From positions 2,084,239 through 2,148,238 of the forward strand of contig OZ244802.1 of the NCBI GenBank assembly GCA_965220135.1: a stretch of DNA of 64,000 nucleotides, written 5' to 3'. The translations under genes and the position numbers were made by a program. Position 1 is the first letter of the stretch. Every line of letters starts with the position of its first letter. The stretch comes from Chloroflexota bacterium (GTDB lineage Bacteria; Chloroflexota; UBA11872). The notes under the pieces were generated by a model that was not told where the DNA came from, made no database searches, and saw only the letters and a list, made by a program, of their open reading frames with translations. Shown here piece by piece: positions 57,487-64,000 of this stretch.

Positions 57487-59127
57487 CTACGCGTTCGGCA
57501 ATCCTGGCATCGCTGGTTGCGGCAAGTGACGACCGGCCACGGTCGGCGTATGGAACCGCTGCCCGGCCAGAATCTCCTCGACGGTGAGTATCTGCATGCG
57601 CGGGTAGTCAATCCCCGCCACGCGCATCGTGCCCGCTTCGGCCATTTCCTTGAGGAAGTTGCGCGTCTGGCCGGTGCTGCGCGGGCGCATCAGAATCAAT
57701 CCCGCCATCTGCGCGTCGTCACGCTCCAGCACGCCGCGTAGGGCGCGCACCTGCGCGATGGTGACGTGCGTTCCGCCCTTCACTTCGACCGTCATGCTTT
57801 GCAGGTCCGGCTCGCCTGGCACGTGGAAGTAGAGCCGACCGTCAATCCCGCCGTCGCCGGTGCGCTTCGCGGTCGGGAACGCGTCAACGGACTCAATCGC
57901 CCATTCCTGAAACTCGAACTTGTTATGCCGCCACTTCGCCGCGGCGGCTTCCAGCGTTTCGGGCACGCCGTCGATGGTGAAGTCGCGGTCTTCAATGAGT
58001 CCGCACCGCTCGCCTAGCCGTAGGCGCACGACGCGGTTAATGGCGTGGAACGCGCGGTCGATGCCGATCCAGCGGCGCTTGAGCTTGTGGGCCGCTTCCA
58101 GCGTGGTCGCGCATCCGCAGAACGGATCCAACACGACGTCGCCCGGGTTGCTGGATGCGCGTATCAGCCGCTCCATCAATGCCAGCGGCTTCTGGGTCGC
58201 GTAGCCCATGCGCTCTTCGGCCATGTTGTGAATGGGCCGAATGTCGGTGAGCACGTCCTGTAGTGGCGTGCCCTTGCTCTCATCCAGGTACCGCTTCAAG
58301 CGCGGCATGCCGCCCTTACGCTTCGGCCAGTGGATGCGCCCTTGCGCGTCCAGGGCGTCCAGGGCGTCCGGTGAGCGTGACCAGTGGCGACCTTTAGCCG
58401 ATACGTCAATTCCTCGCCACGGGCGCCCTGTAGCGCCGTCCTGTACGACACCGGCGCCGGTGAGGTCCGCGCGTGACCAGCGGCGGCCGTCCGGGTCTTC
58501 GTGCGGGTAGAACGTCTGCACGTACGCATCGTCGTACGCCTGGTAGACGCGGTTCCAGGTGTAGCGGTCGGACTTCGAGTAGAACAGGATGGTGTCATGC
58601 ACCGGCCCGTAGCGGCGCGCGCCACTGTGCGCGCTCGTCCGCTTCCAGATCAGCTCGTTTCGGAATTGCCCATGCCCAAACAGGCCATCCATGACGACCT
58701 TGAGGTAGTGCCCCGCCGTCGGGTCGCAGTGCAAGTAGAGCGAGCCGGTCGGCTTGAGAATCCGGTGCATCAATAGCAGCCGTTCCGTCATGTGGACGAG
58801 GTAGGCGAGTAGGCGCGGGTTCGTGTAGCGCAGCGCGCGCAGCCACAGCCGCCATAAATTCACCGTCGCGTCGTCCATGCCGGAATGCTGCATCAGGATG
58901 GGCATTTCCCGCGCGGCGCGTTCAGTCTCCGCGTTGTACTCCCACATATCCGAGAACGCGTCCACTTCGTCGGGGAGAGGCTTGCCCGTTTCGTCTCTAT
59001 ATATCGAGTTGTACTGGCGCTGCGAGTTGAATGGTGGGTCCAGGTAAATAAGGTCCACGCTGGCGAGCCGGAAGTCCTGCATCACGGTCCGGCAATCGCC
59101 GTAGTAGAGCTGGTTTGTCCAGGTCAC
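57487..59127 (-). CDS. beta-class N6-adenine/N4-cytosine DNA methyltransferase fused to a C-terminal Mrr-like PD-(D/E)xK nuclease domain (IS passenger)
   Basis: Motif IV DLIYLDPPFN comes before motif I DPFCGCATTLEAA (the beta order, PF01555-like). The C-terminal GDGGIDGRLYF...MTVEVKGG resembles Mrr_cat. The probable GTG start at 59127 overlaps the transposase stop (GTGA). Confidence 0.65.
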   Translation of the reverse strand: MTWTNQLYYGDCRTVMQDFRLASVDLIYLDPPFNSQRQYNSIYRDETGKPLPDEVDAFSDMWEYNAETERAAREMPILMQHSGMDDATVNLWRLWLRALRYTNPRLLAYLVHMTERLLLMHRILKPTGSLYLHCDPTAGHYLKVVMDGLFGHGQFRNELIWKRTSAHSGARRYGPVHDTILFYSKSDRYTWNRVYQAYDDAYVQTFYPHEDPDGRRWSRADLTGAGVVQDGATGRPWRGIDVSAKGRHWSRSPDALDALDAQGRIHWPKRKGGMPRLKRYLDESKGTPLQDVLTDIRPIHNMAEERMGYATQKPLALMERLIRASSNPGDVVLDPFCGCATTLEAAHKLKRRWIGIDRAFHAINRVVRLRLGERCGLIEDRDFTIDGVPETLEAAAAKWRHNKFEFQEWAIESVDAFPTAKRTGDGGIDGRLYFHVPGEPDLQSMTVEVKGGTHVTIAQVRALRGVLERDDAQMAGLILMRPRSTGQTRNFLKEMAEAGTMRVAGIDYPRMQILTVEEILAGQRFHTPTVAGRHLPQPAMPGLPNA

Positions 59128-59999
59128 GCTCGCACCGCGTCGCGCAGGAACACGTCGAATGCGTTCGGGATGTCCCGCGCGTTGAACTTGTAGCAGGCTT
59201 CCGTCACGTAGGCGTGCGCGTGCTTCTTCGAGTAGAAGTGGTGGCTGCCCCACCATGCCCGCTTCAGGAGCGCCCAAAAGCTCTCCATCGTGTTGACGTG
59301 AATCATGCCGTCCACGTAGCGGGCCGCGTGGTCTACGACCGCGTGGCGCATCGTCCGGCCAACGCGCCGGTAGGCCGGCCACTGGTCCGTCATGAGTACG
59401 CTGGCGTCTTTGTCCACGTTGCGCTCAATGAACGCTTGCAGGTCTTTCCCGCGCACGCGCGGGGATGGTTCGGCGGCAACGCGCCCGCCGCGCTCTACGA
59501 CGCCGATGATCGGGAGCTTGCGGGTACCACGACCGCGCGGGGCCTGCGGGTGATTGTCGTCGTCGCGCTTGTTGCGCTTGCGCGGCTTCCCGCCGATGTA
59601 GGCTTCGTCCGCTTCGACGATGCCGACCATCAGGTCCGGCTCGCCCACCATCGCGCTGCGAATCTTCATGAGCATCCGGTACGCGGTCTTCTGCGGGATG
59701 TCGAGGTCGCGCCCGAGTTGCGGGCTGCTAATGGACTTCTTCGCGTTCAGCACCAGCGAGATTGCCAGGAACCACTTGCGCAGGTCGGTTCGGGTCTTCG
59801 AGAAAATCGTGCCACTGAGCACGGTGAATGCCGCGCGGCAGGCGTGGCAATTGCGGCGGCCGATGCCGTCCGTCCGGTGCCCGACGCGCTCGGAACCGCA
59901 GTGCGGGCAGACGGGCTGCTTGCCCCAGCGGACGCGCTCCAGGTGCTCAATGCAGGCTTCCTGGTCGGGGAACTGGTCGAAGATTCGGATGAGGTCCAT
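59124..59999 (-). CDS. IS1595-family transposase
   Basis: N-terminal zinc ribbon (CPHCGSERV...CHACRAAF) and a DDE_Tnp_IS1595 core (SVLMTDQWPAY...). Confidence 0.8.
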   Translation of the reverse strand: MDLIRIFDQFPDQEACIEHLERVRWGKQPVCPHCGSERVGHRTDGIGRRNCHACRAAFTVLSGTIFSKTRTDLRKWFLAISLVLNAKKSISSPQLGRDLDIPQKTAYRMLMKIRSAMVGEPDLMVGIVEADEAYIGGKPRKRNKRDDDNHPQAPRGRGTRKLPIIGVVERGGRVAAEPSPRVRGKDLQAFIERNVDKDASVLMTDQWPAYRRVGRTMRHAVVDHAARYVDGMIHVNTMESFWALLKRAWWGSHHFYSKKHAHAYVTEACYKFNARDIPNAFDVFLRDAVRA

Positions 60000-60042
60000 G
60001 CGGTCACCTGTCTCGTTTGCCGTGCCTTAGTGTAGCACATTT

Positions 60043-60080
60043 CAGTCACAAGTGACTAGGCCCGTTTAGAAAAAACTCTT
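60043..60080. repeat. IS1595-family terminal inverted repeat (right)
   Basis: Reverse complement of the left inverted repeat (CAGTCACAAGTGACTAGGCCCGTTTAGAAAAAACTCTT). Confidence 0.6.
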
Positions 60081-60185
60081 CCCGCGCGCGAGCCCCCCAG
60101 TTCCCACGGCTCTCGCCCCCGCTCTTTTCCCCGCTTCCTCCCCGTCTGCTCTCACCGCTCACTACTCTCAGCTCACTCCTTCTTC
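60081..60185. repeat. CT-rich repeat, partial unit C (right of the IS, downstream of polA)
   Basis: CTCTCACCGCTCACTACTCTCAGCTCACTCCTTCTTCTC resembles CCGCTCACCGCTCACTCAGTC...CTCACTCCTCACTTCTC in locus B. This implies the IS inserted into a pre-existing repeat array. Confidence 0.4.
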
Positions 60186-62915
60186 TCAGATCTCCCGCAT
60201 ATCCCGCCAATTCCCCCCCGCCTTCGCATCCACCGCCAGCGGCACCTGCAACCGCACCGCCTTCGTCATCACCCCCCGCGCCACCCCCGCGAACTCCTCC
60301 AGTTCCTCCGCCGGCAACTCGAACAGCAGATCGTCATGCACCTGCAACAACATCCGCGCCGCGAACCCCTGATCCCGGATCGCCCGGTCCAGCTTCACCA
60401 TCGCCACCTTCATGATGTCCGCCGTCGTCCCCTGGATCGGCATGTTGATCGCCATCCGCTCCGCCGCCGCCCGCTCGTGAAACGCCCGCGACTGCAACTC
60501 CGGCAGATACCGCCGCCGGTGAAACAGCGTCTCCACGTACCCTCGCTCATGCGCCCGCGCGATCGTCGAGTCCATGTACCCCTTCACGCCCGGATACGTC
60601 GCGAAATACGTCTCGATAAACGCCGCCGCCTCCCGCCGCGTGAACTCCGTCCGCGACGCCAACCCCTGCGCGCTGATCCCGTACACAATCCCGAAATTCG
60701 TCGTCTTCGCCAGCCGCCGCATGTCCTCAGTCACCTCGTCCAGCCCCACGTCGTGCAGGCTGGCCGCCGTCGCCGAGTGGATGTCGTGCCCGTTCGCGAA
60801 CGCCCGGCACATCGCCGCGTCCTCGCTGATATGCGCCAGCACCCGCAGGTCGATCTGCGAGTAATCGATCGCCAGCAACGTCCACCCCTCGCGCCCCGCC
60901 ACAAACGCCCGCCGGATTTCGCGCCCGCGTTCGGTGCGGATGGGGATGTTCTGCAAATTCGGATTCGCCGACGACAGCCGCCCGGTCGCCGTCCCCGCCT
61001 GGTTGAACGTCGTATGCAGCCGCCCGGTCGAGGGATGCGCCAGGTCCGGCAGCGTGTCGATATACGTCGACTTCAGCTTGCTCAGCTCCCGGTACTCCAG
61101 CACCCGCCCCACGATCGGGTTCTCCTCCGCCAACCCCTCCAGCACCCCGCTCGCCGTCGAATACCCCGTCTTCGTTCTGCGCCCCGCCGGCAGACCCATC
61201 TCCTCAAACAGCACCGTCCCCAGTTGCTTCGGCGAGTTGACGTTGAACTCATGCCCCGCGTCCGCATAGATCCCCGATTGCAGCTCCGCGATCTCCTCCG
61301 CCATCTCCCGAGACAGCTCGCCCAGCGCCCCCGCGTCCAGCGTGATCCCGCGCCGCTCCATCTCGCTCAACACCAGCGCCAGCGGCATCTCCACGTGATG
61401 CAGGAGCTCCGTCAGCTTCAGATCGTCAATCTCCGCGTCCATCTCCTCGGCCAGCTTCAGCGCCAGCGCCGCCCGCAGCGCCGCCGGCGCCGCCACGTCA
61501 TGCGAATCCGGCCGCATCAACCCGCCCGCCACCTGGGCATCCGGCAACCCCGGCGCCGCCTCAATCCCCCGCCGCCGAAACACCAGGTCATCCAGCGTTC
61601 CGGGAATCGCATTCGGCGTCGCCACATACGCTGCCAGCAACAGGTCCGCGTCGACCCCGCGCAGCGCCACCCCCCGCGACGCCAGCGCGCTATGCAGCTC
61701 CTTCGAGTCAAACGCCGCCTTCCCCGCCTCCGCGTCCTCCAACCACCCCCGCAACTCGTCCAGCGCCGCGGCCTCGCCGTCCAGGCTCACGTACGCCGTC
61801 TCACCACCCCACGCCAGCCCCAACCCCAGCAACTCCACGCTCCATGACGATCCCCGCGTAAACGGAAACACCGCCACCCGCTCCGCGCCCGCCAGTTCCT
61901 CCGCCAGCGCCCGCGCGCCCTCCGCGTCCGTCACCACCTCCGGCTCCACCTCCGGCAAACCCGGTCCGCGTTCCTCCGACACCTCCAGGAAGCTCATCCG
62001 CTCCGCCACGTTGCGGAACTGCAACTCCTGCATCAGCCCTTGCACGGCCGCCGCGTCCGCCTGCCACAGCCGCGTCCGCTCCGCGTCGAACGCCACCGGC
62101 ACATCGCACACGATCGTCGCCAGCCGCCGCGACAGGTACGCCACCTCTTCCTGACCCTCCAGCCGCCGCCGGATCGCCGGCCGGATGTCCTCCAGGTGCG
62201 CGTAGATCTCGTCGATGTCTTCGTATTCCTTCAGCAGCGTCGAAGCCGTCTTTTCCCCCACCCCCTTCACCCCGGGAATGTTGTCCGAGCTGTCCCCCAC
62301 CAGCCCCTTGAAATCCACCACCTGCGAAGGCCTGATCCCCCACCGGTCCTGGATCGCCGCCTCGTCATATATCAGCGGCTGCCCCGTCCGCGGATTCGTG
62401 CTCAACACCCGCACGTGCGGCGTCACCAGCTGCAGCGCGTCCCGGTCCCCGGTGATCAGCCAGACCTCGAACCCTTCCGCCTCCGCCTGCCGCGCCAGCG
62501 TGCCCAGCACGTCATCGGCCTCATACGGCTCCAGGTCGTAGATCGGAATCCCCAAGACTTCGAGCAGCTCCCGGATCCGCCCAAACTGCGCAACCAGCAT
62601 GTCGTCGGGCGCTTCACGGTGTGCCTTGTAGGGCTCGTACATCTCATCCCGAAACGTCGGCCCCGGCAGATCAAACGCCGCCGCCGCGTGGTCCGGCGAG
62701 ACCTCCTCAACCACCCGCAACAGGATGTTCGTAAAGCCGAAAACCGCGTTGGTGGGTTCACCAGTCGAGGTGGCGAAGTGGCGCGGCACCGCGTGGTAGG
62801 CGCGATGAATCAGCGACATCGCGTCCAGGATTACCAGGCGGGGGCGCTCGGAAGCGTCCATACTGAACAGTCTACGCGGCCCCTCATCGCAGCCTTGTGC
62901 AGCAGCGTTCCCCAA
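60186..62915 (-). CDS. polA: DNA polymerase I
   Basis: 909 aa with 5'-3' exonuclease (LVILDAMSLIHRAYHA), 3'-5' exonuclease-like and pol A motifs (RRxAKxxNFGxxYG; QVHDELL). The likely start is ATG at 62861. Confidence 0.9.
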   Translation of the reverse strand: MGNAAAQGCDEGPRRLFSMDASERPRLVILDAMSLIHRAYHAVPRHFATSTGEPTNAVFGFTNILLRVVEEVSPDHAAAAFDLPGPTFRDEMYEPYKAHREAPDDMLVAQFGRIRELLEVLGIPIYDLEPYEADDVLGTLARQAEAEGFEVWLITGDRDALQLVTPHVRVLSTNPRTGQPLIYDEAAIQDRWGIRPSQVVDFKGLVGDSSDNIPGVKGVGEKTASTLLKEYEDIDEIYAHLEDIRPAIRRRLEGQEEVAYLSRRLATIVCDVPVAFDAERTRLWQADAAAVQGLMQELQFRNVAERMSFLEVSEERGPGLPEVEPEVVTDAEGARALAEELAGAERVAVFPFTRGSSWSVELLGLGLAWGGETAYVSLDGEAAALDELRGWLEDAEAGKAAFDSKELHSALASRGVALRGVDADLLLAAYVATPNAIPGTLDDLVFRRRGIEAAPGLPDAQVAGGLMRPDSHDVAAPAALRAALALKLAEEMDAEIDDLKLTELLHHVEMPLALVLSEMERRGITLDAGALGELSREMAEEIAELQSGIYADAGHEFNVNSPKQLGTVLFEEMGLPAGRRTKTGYSTASGVLEGLAEENPIVGRVLEYRELSKLKSTYIDTLPDLAHPSTGRLHTTFNQAGTATGRLSSANPNLQNIPIRTERGREIRRAFVAGREGWTLLAIDYSQIDLRVLAHISEDAAMCRAFANGHDIHSATAASLHDVGLDEVTEDMRRLAKTTNFGIVYGISAQGLASRTEFTRREAAAFIETYFATYPGVKGYMDSTIARAHERGYVETLFHRRRYLPELQSRAFHERAAAERMAINMPIQGTTADIMKVAMVKLDRAIRDQGFAARMLLQVHDDLLFELPAEELEEFAGVARGVMTKAVRLQVPLAVDAKAGGNWRDMREI

Positions 62916-64000
62916 CCGGGTCCGGCCGACGCTGGACCCGCTCCCTGGCCGGCCAGATCGCCATCCTGGCCGCCGTCCCCACGGCCGCCGTCCTGCTCGC
63001 CGTCGCCGTTCTCACCCTCTTCCTCAACCAGCACTCGCGCCTCGATACCCTCCTCCAGGCCGAGACCGACCGCGCCCTCTCACTCGCCACCCCCATCGAA
63101 CGCGCCCTAACCGACACCCTCCGCACCAATCTCCGCTCCACCTCCCCCACGCCACCCAACCTCTTCCTCCACCGCACCACCGACGCCAGCTCAACCCAGA
63201 CGCTCGACGAAGCCCTCCGAGCCCCAGCGACGGCAATCATTCAACAAGCTCGTTCAACCGACGCCCTCGCTCTCTCCAACGTCGTCCAAACCACCGACGG
63301 CCAATCCGCAATCGTCGCCGCCATTCCCGACGGCTCCGTCATCCGCCTCGGCGTCATCCAGGTCTCCTCGGCAGCCGCTGAATCCCCCTGGCGCACTCTC
63401 CTCCAGGACCTCATGCCCACCGCTCCCAACGCCACCCTCGGCCTCGTCGACGCCGCCGCCTACGTCGCCTTCCACCAGGACCTCGACCAATTTGGCCGCT
63501 CCGTCACGTCCTCCGGCCAACCCGGCACCCGGCTCTTCCAGACAGCCTCCGGCGCCCTCCTCCGCGGTCCACTGGTCGGCACCCAGCGCATCACCGGCTT
63601 CGCGCCCCTTGGCGCCACCGGCTGGCGCCTGATCGTCGAGCGCCCCTGGACTGCCGCCCTCGAGGCCTTCAGCGGACCCGGCCCTCTCGTGCTCATCCCC
63701 CTCCTCGGCGCCGCCTTGCTGCCGGCCGCCCTCATCGGCCTTACTGCCGTCCGCGCCACCCGCCGCTTGCGCGACCTCGCCCTGGCCGCCCGCCGTATCG
63801 CCTCCGGCGACTTCCGTCCCATTCCCACCCCGGCTCGCACCGGTGATGAGATCGAGGACCTCACCACCCAGTTCGAATCCATGGCCCGCCAGCTCCAGTC
63901 CCTGTATGGCTCACTCGAACAGCGCGTCGCCGACCGCACCCGCGAGCTCGAAATCGTCGTCCGCGTCGCCCGCTCCATCACCCAGACCCTCGACGCCCAC
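62897..64000 (+). CDS. membrane sensor protein (periplasmic sensing domain, TM, HAMP), 3'-partial; likely histidine kinase or other signalling protein
   Basis: My own translation of an open frame running to the window end, not in the track. It gives a TM helix (LAGQIAILAAVPTAAVLLAVAVLTLF), an extracellular domain of about 200 aa, a second TM and a HAMP-like region (RRLRDLALAARRIASGDFRPIP...TGDEIEDLTTQFESMARQL). The start is uncertain (GTG 62897). Confidence 0.5.
   Translation, partial: MQQRSPTGSGRRWTRSLAGQIAILAAVPTAAVLLAVAVLTLFLNQHSRLDTLLQAETDRALSLATPIERALTDTLRTNLRSTSPTPPNLFLHRTTDASSTQTLDEALRAPATAIIQQARSTDALALSNVVQTTDGQSAIVAAIPDGSVIRLGVIQVSSAAAESPWRTLLQDLMPTAPNATLGLVDAAAYVAFHQDLDQFGRSVTSSGQPGTRLFQTASGALLRGPLVGTQRITGFAPLGATGWRLIVERPWTAALEAFSGPGPLVLIPLLGAALLPAALIGLTAVRATRRLRDLALAARRIASGDFRPIPTPARTGDEIEDLTTQFESMARQLQSLYGSLEQRVADRTRELEIVVRVARSITQTLDAH

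Larger units (their letters stand above)
57410..60080 (-). mobile_element. IS1595-family insertion sequence carrying a passenger DNA methyltransferase gene
   Basis: About 37-bp imperfect inverted repeats (about 32/37): AAGAGTTTTTTAGAAACGGAGCCAGTCACTTGTGACTG at 57410-57447 and its reverse complement at 60043-60080. A transposase with zinc ribbon plus DDE_Tnp_IS1595 domains lies inside. No target-site duplication was seen. Confidence 0.7.

Noticed and set aside
1-64000. CRISPR arrays.
   Set aside because: No regularly spaced short direct repeats with unique spacers were seen anywhere in the window.

Overview
This is a high-GC (about 65-70%) bacterial chromosomal window, densely coding on both strands. 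The gene content is consistent with a Chloroflexi/Thermomicrobia- or actinobacterium-like organism, but this cannot be confirmed from sequence alone. Housekeeping genes include tyrS, tag, gpsA, lpd, a 2-oxo-acid dehydrogenase E1alpha/E1beta/E2 operon, mnmE, polA, ugd and an L-aspartate dehydrogenase-like gene. selD is encoded as a selenoprotein with an in-frame TGA at 5033-5035; the ORF track therefore shows only a truncated ORF starting at 5069. An ArsA-family ATPase is translationally coupled to selD. Three tandem paralogues of a polytopic membrane protein have C-terminal zinc ribbons in different states of decay. A minus-strand operon (44.5-38.5 kb) contains two GH5-like glycoside-hydrolase paralogues (one fused to an O-antigen-ligase-like domain), a sugar-phosphate isomerase and a NYN-domain protein. 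The most striking locus is a lower-GC island at about 49.4-56.4 kb carrying queC, a Cas4-like nuclease, a UvrD-like helicase, a TGT-like DpdA-type protein with an unknown N-terminal domain, and a YhhQ-type queuosine-precursor transporter. This looks like an undescribed compact 7-deazaguanine DNA modification/defence module. It is bracketed by a family of CT-rich repeats. One repeat array contains an inserted IS1595-family element (57410-60080) that carries an N6/N4 methyltransferase fused to an Mrr-like nuclease domain. There are also several pseudogenes and one ORF-poor 1.1 kb gap.
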